DNA of 64,000 bases from Vicugna vicugna (lineage: Eukaryota). Shown in pieces: positions 1-11,070 of the stretch. The stretch lies in the NCBI GenBank assembly GCA_013265495.1, contig MU058037.1, positions 1,799,498 to 1,863,497 of the forward strand, given 5' to 3'. The position numbers and the translations under genes are program-made. Under the pieces are notes generated by a model that worked only from the letters and a program-made list of their open reading frames with translations, searched no databases and was not told where the DNA came from. Within the stretch, counting starts at the first letter, position 1, and the number at the start of each line of letters is the position of its first letter.

Positions 1-136
1 TTACTTTTGCTGTATTCTGTTCATTATAAGTGAGTCACTAGGTTCAGCCCACGCTCAATGGGTAGAGGATTACATAAGGTTGTGGACACCAGGAGGCAGG
101 GATTATTTGGGCCCATCTTAGAAGTTGCCTACCACA
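1..136 (-). mobile_element. MaLR solo LTR fragment (MLT1E-H-like), 5' end
   Basis: Reverse complement begins TGTGGTAGGCAACTTCTAAGATGGGCCC...CCTGCCTCCTGGTGTCCAC, the typical MLT1 start; truncated by window edge. Confidence 0.75.
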
Positions 137-1089
137 CTGCTTTTACAGAAAGTCCTCTTCCTCTAGGTTAGCTGGTTTGGAGTAGAATGGCAGCCAGTTC
201 TAGTTTTTATTTATTAAACATTCAGAGTTTTGTTTTTGAAGCCAAAATTATAGCTAGCCCCTGGCATTTCAGCAGAGGGACCACTTTAGACCAAAATGTA
301 CTGTTAATTTTTAAAATTAAAATATATTAAAGATTAAGTAAAATATGGCAACAAGTATCTGAGACTATGAGGAATTGAGAAGGGGTATCAACTAAATAAA
401 CTAAGATAATCTTCCTCATACCTTCCTCAATTAAGTAAAATTATCTTTATAAAATTTTACATGGCAAGAAAGAAAAAGCAGAGTCAGAGGAGGTATGAGA
501 GTAATGACAGCTGCCCATTGAGAAGGATGGGGGTAAATAAGTCTCTTCTTAAAAAACCTGGAATTGGGATGATAGAGCCTGAGGGAAAGAAATCAAATCA
601 CAGTATTAGCTTTAACATATTGTTAAAAGACTCTGAAGAAACAATACAAACCAGGGATAGTTAACATATAGCCCTCATTCTAGGAATAAAGTTTGTTAGA
701 AAAAAACAAAAACACAACCAAAAAACTTTTGCTCTTACAACTTGGTATAAAAGGGATCTCAAACAATCTCATATCCTTATTGAGCTTTCCTCTGGTAGGG
801 CTATGGAGAGTGGTTCAAAACTATATCATAATTTTTAAGATTGTGCCTTTGGGATTGCAGTTAGGAACCTCTTCTGTAGCATGAGCTGCAGAGGTATGGT
901 TAATAGGAAAATGTCATGTTATATTATAGCTCCTATGATTTAGTCAGAAATTTTTTCATGTAAAGACTCAAATCAGTGTCCATATAAGGACTCTAAGCAG
1001 TAGTCCAAAAGGATTCCTGTGATGAGGCTGTCCTTACCACTCTAAACCCTTAGCCCCATCTAGCCATCTGGTTTTAGAGTTAAAGAGGT

Positions 1090-1518
1090 TGTAGTAGATA
1101 CTGCCTCATTCAGATCCTTTTTGCATCCATTTGCCAGCCGCTGTGAATTTTGCCTGCTAAAAGCTCAAAGCTGCACCCTTCTCTGGAAGGAATTGACCTT
1201 GACAGAAGGGAACTGCCTTGCCTGGTAGGCCAGCACACCTTCCTGTCGGGCAGGGAACAGTCTGAAGCCAATGATTGACTGAAACTAAGGTATCAAAGCC
1301 TGACTATCTTGTCTTGAGGTGAAATTCATGTCTTGGAACTTCCTAGGGGATGAAGATGAGGCTAATCTGCTGACACCACACCTTTGGTTAGCTCTTCTCC
1401 TACCCTATCTTGATTTCTTCACGCCTTTACAAGATCCTTCTGAGAGCACTCCCTCTATAAATAACTTGCACAAGAATTTCTATCTCAGGCTCTGCTTCTA
1501 GGAACCTGATCTAAGACA
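1090..1518 (+). mobile_element. ERVL solo LTR (LTR16-like)
   Basis: TG...CA ends; 3' end ATAAATAACTTGCACAAGAAT...CTCAGGCTCTGCTTCTAGGAACCTGATCTAAGACA typical of the LTR16 group. Confidence 0.7.
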
Positions 1519-1734
1519 GGAGTCAACAGGAAATAAGTTGGGGACTGGGCAGTTCTTTTTAACAACATTGGAGAGTAAGAACCTACTTTCCTGTTTTGGT
1601 TTAGGGTGCTCTTTATCACTGGAACTATTCCCTTGTGTGAAACGTCTTCCTCCCATCTAAAATTATAGGAATTGAAAAATAGATAAAATGGTTAACCTGT
1701 AATACCCTAGTATTTCTGCCTTCCTATGAACCAA

Positions 1735-1835
1735 CCTCTCTTCCTTCCATCCTCCCTTCCTCCTTTCTTCCTTTCCTTCTTTCTTCCTGTCATCTTTTCT
1801 TTTCTTTCTCCTTTCTTTCCTTCTCTGTCTTGCTC
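1735..1835. repeat. CT-rich low-complexity polypyrimidine tract
   Basis: Degenerate TTCC/TTTC units seen directly. Confidence 0.8.
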
Positions 1836-4800
1836 CAGAAAAGATTTAAGGTATCCAAATTAAAACATGAATAAAAATGGCATATGGTAACAAGTGTACC
1901 TGGATTGCCCTTCTTACAAAGCTCTCTAAGAAGCCAATATCCCCTTTAGTGGCAAATATTGAATTCCCAATCTATACAGAACAAAGAAATGGCCAAACTC
2001 CCTCACTGGCATTCTTAGATGAAGATGGTTGAAAAACAATTAACAGAAAAAATATAGAGCTATCAAGGCCATATGTTTCACAAATTCTCTACCCTTAGTT
2101 CATGTATACCTGATAAAACCCACATTTTTAGAAGGCAAAGCAAAAGGGAAGTGGTCACTGTGGAGGTTCTTCTGTTCTGGAGGGCAGAGGCTCTGTGCCT
2201 GTTGTGGCTGTTGAGCTACTAAGTCCTCAGTCACTTTTCGTGGGTGCCTTTTAAATGAATGCTTTAACAATTCTTGACTTTTTCCCAAATACAGGAGATA
2301 CTCTGCAAAACTCATATCTTCACGACCCATAGATTTTTGTTTTTTGAGCAAAGGTAGTCACATCAAATCTTGGTACATTTCTCACTGCCCCTTGCTTGCC
2401 ACCCTTCATATTTTTCCCCCATAATACATACTTTGCCCCAGCACGACTTCTTCTGTTGTTTTGCCAGGGTGCCCCAGTAAAAGCAACCCTGATTAAAACA
2501 GGTCACTTTATGTTTCACTTATAATATAAAATCACTTAAAACCGAGCATACAAATTAAAGCTTTCTGTAAGAATCAAACAAGACCCTTTAGGTGAGTTTA
2601 AGTTAGCTATAATCAACTGACAAATACTCTGTCTTTAATGATGAATCAAAGTCCTTTGTGGGAAAAACTTTTTAAGGACAAAGACTGAATCTGATATCCC
2701 TTTCATGGTTTCCATTGGTGTACCACTGCAGGCTGCTTACAGAGAGCCCCAAGGCTTTCTCAAGAGCGAGAAGTGTTCACATTTGTGCCCTTGAATGATA
2801 GCAGAAAATAAACTTCTACTGCCAAGGGGCATTCTCATCTCTTTTTCCCAAACGCAGCTATGCCATTTTACATGCCTTCTCTCATCTGAACCAACAGCTC
2901 CCTTAGGCACCTTCATAAGCATATTGTAATATAAGGATTGGTTATTCATTCTGCATTTCATCCTTAAAAAATTAGAAAGGCCAAAGTTTTCAAATGAGGA
3001 AGTTTAAAATTTTAAAAATATGCACAGCAGAATAGTGATATGGATGCATCCAAAGAGAATTGCCTGTACTTCCCTAAGACAAAATTGAAATATAGGCATA
3101 GTTCTTCTCCATCTTCCTTCTTTCTCCCTTTTCATGCTTCTCTTTTGCAATTGGGAACATAGGTCCTGATGCTTTCCCATGTCTGCTGGAGTCTCTCCGT
3201 TGAACCATGCATACTATTCTGGCTTGCAGCCCCTGGACTCAGCCTCATACCTTGTTTGTCCTTCTATTCTCAAAATTTGCCTGTTTTATGTCCTATGTCT
3301 TACTGTAACAATTTGACATAATAATTTATTTGAGTTTATGGACTAAAGACTGTTGATGATTTAATATTTTAACCTCTTGGACTTGTTTTGACAGGCACTC
3401 CATGGAAGATAAAATTTTTTTAACTCAAAGGGAGAACTGGTGCAATTTCAAGCCCTTCGCTAGGTTGGTGGGAACAATGTTTAGGAGACAGGGGTTCAAG
3501 GTTTTTAACGGAGAGCTTGCCTGCTTTGTTTGGGTATTAAGCTGGCCCTGTACATATGGCCATTATTTTGGCAAACAAGACAAGATAAACATGTTTAAAG
3601 CCTGAAAGTGCACACTATGGACATTTTCTGTTGAAAAGAACTATATGGTTTTGTTAAAAGAAACTTTTCTACATTTTGTCCTCCTTTTAATGAATTATTT
3701 TTTTTTCCTGTGGGAATAAAAGTCTCTTCCAGCTGTCTTCAGTTTCATAACCAAAGTATCCATTTTTGTTGCACTCAATCAGCTCTAATAATTACTTCGA
3801 AAACCTGAAATTTGTTAATCCAGGTATGTGGCTCATCCTGCTGACTACATGAGTAGCAAATCTATCAGTTCTACCATGCGCAGTATTTAATGCTATGTTC
3901 GTTGCTGTGTGCAACTAATTTTTTTCCTTTTTGGCAGGAAGTGGCTGACTGCATTTCATCAAGGGAATGTGGTGGCAGCTTCAGGCTTAAAATATTTTGA
4001 CGTAATACAAGAGTGACTCTCTTCACTTGACTCCAAGGCTGTCTGTTCCTTAGAAACAAATTTACTCATGGCTATCGTTTTGGGGGTTCAGCTGAATGGG
4101 GATTAAGTCAGTTATTAATGTTTTTTATATATCACTGGCAAAATGCATCTATTAAATATATGAGAATTTTATAGTTCAATCAGAAGAGAATTGTCATTGG
4201 AGGTAAAGCACTAGTGAATAGACATATCATTTGTCATTATAATACAGCTAATACTTCTGTCTTGACTTGGCACTGAACAAGACAGAATCTTCTGCACATT
4301 TTGAAACTGTAATATTTTCTACTTTCTGTATCCTATCACCTTTTTCAAATTCCTGTGCTAAATCAATATCTATGAAATATTACAAAAATTTTTGATGTGT
4401 AAGCCATTAAAATGACATGAAGAACACCAAGCATTTTCTCCCAGAGACCTTGAATAAATGTTAGTTATTGACATTATTATCTAAGCAGAAATCTCAGCTT
4501 CATGATTACTATAGGATTAATAAGTAGCCCAACTTCCCATAACTAGTTCTTTGTGTATTTGGTAGCTAGAGACTAAGTCAGGACAGACTCCATTTTTGTC
4601 GGCATTTTCCTAAATGTTTAAAAAATATTCTTTGAGCACAAATGTTATCTGTATGTACACAATGCAGGAAAACAACCTGGATATTTAATAAACCTAATTG
4701 TTAAATTCATTTTAAAATAAATTAATGATAAATATTTAAAAGAATGGATGAAACAATGATTAAGTAAGTGAGTATGATGGGTATAATAGAACTATGTTTC

Positions 4801-5034
4801 ATATACGAGGTCACATAACATAACATTCTTTTACAAGTGGCAGAAGACCTTGAAGATCTTATAATCTAGCTCTTAATTTTGTAGACAAGGAAACAGACAT
4901 GATATAATATGCTTGATCACAGTGTTAGTTGGCGACGGCCCCAAACTCTTAATGATTTCCACTCTTTCCATGACAAATCACATGAGCTTTCTCCAATATA
5001 CCTTAGGCCCTGGGAGCTGCCTAGGGCATTACAA

Positions 5035-5212
5035 AGAGCATGGCCTTGAGAGGCAGAGAAACCTGGGATTGGAGCTCAATTTTGCATTTTCCAGTTGTGT
5101 GTTCCTTGGTGAGTCATTTAACCTGAACCTTAATTTCTCATCAGTAGCATAATATCTGTCTCACAGGGCCATTGTAAATGATATAACTTGTGTAACATAC
5201 CCAGCAAAGAGT
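5035..5212 (+). mobile_element. MIR SINE
   Basis: ACCTGGGATTGGAGCTC...TGTGTGTTCCTTGGTGAGTCATTTAACCT...TTTCTCATC MIR core motifs. Confidence 0.65.
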
Positions 5213-5415
5213 AATGCCCTTCTCTGCCTTTGACATAGCATATTGTAAAAGAATTATGTGAACAGAGGGTGTCAGTCAGTTCAGTGATCCTACATAATTT
5301 ACTTTTAATTTAAAGCTAACATCAGAGCTGATCTTACCATATCATTGGGTATCTGAAGGTGAGTAAGAATTTTATTTCCCCATGATAGGAAATCTCATTT
5401 CACTGTTTTTCCATT

Positions 5416-6057
5416 TGTATGGTCTGGCCACTCAAGATGGCTGTTCTCTTGCTCTCTGTACATCCCCTGCTCAACCAGGCTCTGCTTCACTCACATGACT
5501 ATCCAATCCTCTTAATTGTAGGGCTTAATTAGTAACTGCCTACATGCTTGCCCCCTGCCCCAGCTGCTGATTTCCCTGGTAACTGATGAGCCAACCTGAC
5601 GTCAGTTCCCCGTAATGGTAACCTCTTTCTCCCCCTGTAGCAAAGATTGCTGTCATGTCCTGCTTGCTATCGTACACAGTGGAGTGTCGCTTCAGGGCCT
5701 TTTGTTTTGGACTTGTTCAATTCTCTATCCATTAAACCATTGATGTCTCCGTCACTGTCTCTGAGCTCTTTCTTCAGACTTTTTTTTTTAATTCAGAGGA
5801 GATTTTATTTTATTTTATTGAAGTATAGTCGATGTGTGATATATGTTTTTTCATATACCTTTTCATTATAGGTTACTACAGGATATTGAAAATAGTTCCC
5901 TGTGCTATACAGTATAAACTTGTTGTTTATCTATTTTATATATAGTAGTAGGTACCTGTAAATCCCAGACTCCCAATTTATCCCTCCCTCCCCTCTTTCT
6001 TCAATCTTAAGGCTGGATAGTTACAAAGCTTGCAGGCCTGCAAGATGCAGCCCAACA
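5416..6057 (+). mobile_element. ERV solo LTR interrupted by an L1 fragment
   Basis: TG (5416) ... AACA (6057) ends; flanking CCATT/CCATC TSD; ATTAAA polyA signal near 5731; TGACGTCA motif near 5597. Confidence 0.7.
5780..5992 (-). mobile_element. 5'-truncated L1 3'-UTR fragment nested in the LTR
   Basis: Poly-T tail, TTTATTGAAGTATAG L1 end, ATAGTTCCCTGTGCTATACAG motif; TSD CTCTTTCTTCA at 5766-5776 and 5993-6003. Confidence 0.85.
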
Positions 6058-6609
6058 CCATCTAAGAAAATGCGGATAATGAACTGGTTATAGTATAGAT
6101 TGTTATGGATAATGAGTTATCTTATCTACTTGAATTCCTCCCTGTTAAATACATGAGAACTGGTGAAGTTCTCTCTCAATAGAGTTAGACATTTTGAAAT
6201 TTTCTATGATTTTTTTTGTACTCCAGTCATACCTAAATCACACCTTTGACTTTAAACCATTTATCCCTTTGGCCCCATTCTCCTGTTTGCTAAGATTCTG
6301 TAGGAAATTCTGGCATTGGGTACCAAGTTTGCTGAAAGCAAATAGCACTGTCTTCCGCATCCTAGAATGACTGACAATCTCCTAGAAAAGGAGATGTTGC
6401 ATCTGCAGCAGGGAATCATAGATGCAAACTGAGGAAATTAAAAACAAGATAAAAGACCCAGATCATCAATTATCTTTGCCAGTTTATTTTTCTGCAGAAG
6501 TGGATTAAATCATTTTTTCTATGTTGGGAAATAAAATGAAGAGTAGCAGCATGACTTTTGCTCATTTTATTTTCTTCATCTGAAAACAAATAAAAAAATC
6601 ATGATGATG

Positions 6610-6780
6610 GAATGACTAAAACAAGACTTAGTGCATGATGAATATGTACTAGGGACTTGTGTATTATCACAATAGCCCTGTAAACTAGGGAAACGGAGTC
6701 TTAGAGAGTTAAGTAATTTAATGAGGATCATACAGGGAGTGGATCTAATACTCAAACCCACATCTGCTTTTACTCCTACT
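6610..6780 (-). mobile_element. MIR SINE
   Basis: GGGAAACGGAGTCTTAGAGAGTTAAGTAATTT...GGATCATACAG = reverse MIR core. Confidence 0.6.
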
Positions 6781-7364
6781 TAATACTGACTGAATATTAA
6801 TCAACCTACTTCTGTGGTTTTAAAACCACAGTGGAAAAAGTGAAGTACAGTCAAAATATGGATAGATTTGCCATGCTAAATATTACCTACTGGAAGAAGA
6901 CTCGTCACTGAAAATCAATTTACCAAAGGCCATTCGCCTAAAGCTAATTTGTCAAATGACCATTTCACCAAATGACCGATTGGCCATTTTACTAAATTTA
7001 GAAATTTACCGAGAAATACGATTTGTATTCAAAGACTAAGAATACACATTAAATGAATGTACTTATGAATATATCCTTTATTAATTATTTACACTTAAAT
7101 ATATTTAAATTACTCCATATTATTCACAATCATCTTTCTTATAAATATGTTGATAAAAAGAATATGTTCGTAGAAGACTATGCCATTCTATGACCCTTAA
7201 CTTTTGACCAATTGAACATTCCTTAAAATGCTGCTAAGAAGCATATGATTGTTGAATATATTAATTAAATTCAAGACTATTTCTTAAAACATGCTTTGGT
7301 AACTTGATAAATTTAGGAAGTTTGGCAAGTGGTCATGCAAACTTTTATGTGAATATAAATCACT

Positions 7365-7525
7365 CACAATGGTTATGTTAATCTTAGTGTGCATCATTTG
7401 GGGATCTTGTTAAAAAGCAGATTTTGAATCTGTAGGTCTGGGTGTGGCCTGAGAATCTGCAGTTTCTAACAAGCTCCCAAGTGATGCCTATGCTGCCTGC
7501 TTCAGACCACATTATGAATAACATA
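7365..7525. mobile_element. MER5A-like hAT-Charlie MITE
   Basis: CTTGTTAAAAAGCAGATT...GTAGGTCTGGGTGTGGCCTGAGAATCTGCAGTTTCTAACAAGCTCCCAAGTGATGC. Confidence 0.75.
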
Positions 7526-8192
7526 GATTTATAGAGAATTAACTTTCACTGAGTCGATAAGGAGTGAACTGAACTAGAATTGTATACATCACACCTATTT
7601 TACTCCCTCACTGCACTGACCTTTGTTTAAGACACCCTGTATAAAGAATATTTTGCTTAGCTATTAACATGACTCATCTTTGAACTGGTACAGATTTGGG
7701 TAATGAGACAAAAGCAAAAAATTGCTTTATTATTGTGTCAGTTATCTAAACAGTTTGAGGAAAGCCATGATACCATCTGCTGTCCTGTCTAATTTCTCCT
7801 AAGCTCTCAGCATGAAATATGTCCATAAAATTTTTAGCAGTTAGAAACATGCATACTTAGCATTATTGCATAATAATGGAGTTTTAGCAACTCACTGACA
7901 ATTTGAAGTACCTGTTTTCATTGCATGTAAATAAATGTGATCATGTTGGATATTTTGAAAACTAGGATACAAAGAAATATGCTGTGCATCATAGTTCTTT
8001 GACCTAAATTACCTTGATAAAATGAATTATTGATAGTGAAGAAGAAAATGTGTATTATCATCTACAGCTGTGAAGAATACTTCATTATGCTGATGAAATT
8101 GCTTTTTGCTTTGAGAAAAGTATCTTTCAAATAATAACTTCAAATATCTAGTTAAGTATGATTGGTAATAGAGCTGAGTTGTAGGTTTTGTT

Positions 8193-8345
8193 TAGTGCAC
8201 GTCTCAACCTTGGCTGTATGGAATCACCGGGGGAGCTTTAGAAAAATCCTAATACTCAAGCCACTCCGCAGATTATCTAAATTTGAATAACTGGTATAGA
8301 TTTTTCAAATTTCCCCAGGTGGTTCTAATGTACAGACACAGTAGT
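8193..8345. mobile_element. MER5-like hAT-Charlie MITE
   Basis: TCTCAACCTTGGCTGTATGGAATCACCGGGGGAGCTT...CCCCAGGTGGTTCTAATGTACAG. Confidence 0.65.
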
Positions 8346-9634
8346 GATGCTTTTCTTATTCTCTGAATTTATATAACTCGTCCTTATTCTTTCTTCCTGA
8401 GCATGCCATTATCACACTCACACACAAGTCTTTCTGTTCTTTTGGTTATTTACATGTTGGACCATGTTAAGATGGCATAATTCTTGCCTGTAAGTCGGAC
8501 CAAGGCAAAAATTCCAGTCAAAGACATACAAATATATGGGTAATCCTTATAAACCCACTGTTTATTATATGACAAAACTGAGATTCCCCCTAGGAAATGA
8601 TTATTATTTGAACCTTATGTCTTTGATCTGGGTTCATATATAATCATAGAACAGCAAATAAGCAGAGAAACCAAGCAATGGCAATTTGAATGACATATGC
8701 AAGTAGTTCAACTCATTCCATTTGACAGTATCTTCATGGCATGTAGTTCCATTTAAAAGTGCTGAGTTTAGAAACACATAAACACTATTTAGTGTTGTTT
8801 ATTTTTTAAAGGTTCTACTGAATTTTGAAAAAGGTCATACGAAGAACTGAAAAAATGTGTAAGAAACTGGTGTGCTGGCATGTGGGCTTTTAATGACATT
8901 GCTGTGTACAGATATTGTTGTCTTCTATTTCTGGTTAAGAAATGGGGGTGCAGATTGGTATAATCCGGGGGATAAGCTCCTTCAAAGCACAGATTCAGGT
9001 TATTAATTTTTCACTCTCCCCTCACCCAATGTTCAACATTTGACGTAGCACATAGTAATAAATTTGGCTGATGTAGAGGAAGATAATCTGGGGAGAGACT
9101 CATATAGGTCAGTATGATAGAATAAGGGTACTTTATTTCCAAAGCAATGATCTTAATTCAGAGGATCACAAAACTTAAACCTTCAGTAAAAAAAGAATAG
9201 GATCTCTTCAAAGATAGGGAAAATGAGTCAGATATAACGTTCAACAACTGATGAATAGAAGGAATGAAATGAGAAACCAGAAACTTTGACTCTGTTAAGC
9301 ACTCATATTGTTATAGAAAGGGCTCTCTGTTGGACCAAACACAGAATAGCTCTTGTTTTTTCCAAAAGATCTTGTAACACATGATTAGGACTAAGAAGTA
9401 AATAAGACAGTAATGGTATAGAGAAGGGACAACATGGAGAAAAGGAATGGAGTCAAAAAGTGTTTGTAAAAAGCATATTTAGGAGAAAAAAATGATTGAT
9501 TATTGAATTTGTGAATTTGAGGATAAACTAGACATTTGTCAGGGTTGCTTTATTAAATTTTATTTTGCTAATTCACAATTCTTAATTATTTATCAATAAT
9601 CAAGGAGATAGTGGAAAAGAAACCGTAAGATACA

Positions 9635-9757
9635 GAGAGGGGGTTCTCAAACCTATGAAAATCAGTGTTCCCTTTTTATAACATAATTTTTAGGTCCTTT
9701 TTATTTCCCTGAAATGAAATTCATATATAATATAACACTTACACAGATGAGTTTTTT
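9635..9757. mobile_element. hAT-Charlie-like DNA transposon, left part (split by L1)
   Basis: AGGGGGTTCTCAAAC TIR-like start; appears to resume at 14210. Confidence 0.45.
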
Positions 9758-10307
9758 AAATAAGAATTAAAGGTTTATTAGTGATAATTTCAACACTAAC
9801 TCAGACAAAAGACTGTAATAATCACTTGTGACAGAGAAAAATAAGCATATGATTCTTTTTGGTTTTATTTTTATTGAAGTATAGTTGATCTACAATATTA
9901 TAATAGTTTCAGGTGTATAATGGAATGATTTAATATCTTTATGGATTATACTACATTTAAATTTATTATAAAATATTAGCTATATTCCCTGTGCTATACA
10001 ATATATCCTTTTTGTTTATCTATTTTATACATAGTAGTTTGTATCTCTTAATCCCATATTCCTAATTTGAACTCCCTCCTTCTCTTTCCCCTGTGGTAAC
10101 CACTATTTTGTTTTCTGTATCTGTGACTCTATTTGTTTTGTTATATTCATTCATTCATTTTATTTTTTAAGATTCCATATATAAGTGATAACATACAGTA
10201 TTTGTCTTTCTCTGTCTGACTTATTTCACTAAGCATAATACTCTCTAGGTGCATCCACGCCACAAATGACAGAATTTCACTCTTTTTATGGCTGAATAAT
10301 ATTCCTC

Positions 10308-10343
<36 letters not shown>
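10308..10343. repeat. (TG)n microsatellite within L1 3'UTR
   Basis: Interrupted TG run seen directly. Confidence 0.9.
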
Positions 10344-10344
<1 letters not shown>

Positions 10345-10927
10345 ATCACCTCTTCTTTATTCATTCATATCTTGATGGCAAGGTTGCTTCCATTTCTTGG
10401 CTATTGTAAATAGTGCTGCTATGAACATTGGAGTGCATGTATTTTTTCAAATTAGTGTTTTCATTTTCTTCATATGTATACTTAAGAGTGGAATTGCTGG
10501 ATCACATGGTAGTTTTATTTTAGTTTTTTGAGGAACCTCCATACTGTTCTCCATAGTGGTTCCACCAATTTACATTTCCACCAACAGTGTGCAATAATTC
10601 CCTTTTCTCCACATCCTCACCAGTGTTTGTTATTTGTAGACTTTTTGATGATAGCCATTCTTACAGTTGTGAGGTGATATCTCATTATAGTTTTGATTTG
10701 CATTTCTCTGATGATTAGTGAAGTTAAGTGTCTTTTCATGTGCCTGTTGGCCATCTATGTATCTTTTATTGAAAACTGTTGACTCAGATCTTCTACCTAT
10801 TTTTTAATGAGGTTTTTTTTTTGATATTGAGTTGTATGAGCTATTTGTATATTTTGGATATTGACCCCTTATCAGCCATATTATTTGCAAATATTTTCTC
10901 CCATTCAGTAGGTTGTCTTTTTGTTTT

Positions 10928-11070
10928 TTGTGTTTTTTTGTTTTTTTTTTTAACATTTTTTATTGATTTATAATCATTTTACAATGTTGTGTCAAATTCC
11001 AGTGTTCAGCACAATTTTTCAGTCATTCATGGACATATACACACTCATTGTCACATTTTTTTCTCTGTGA
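10928..11070 (-). mobile_element. Young camelid-type L1 3' fragment nested in older L1
   Basis: Long T-rich tail; TTTACAATGTTGTGTCAAATTCCAGTGTTCAGCACAATTTTTCAG; perfect 12-bp TSD TCTTTTTGTTTT at 10916-10927 and 11071-11082. Confidence 0.85.
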
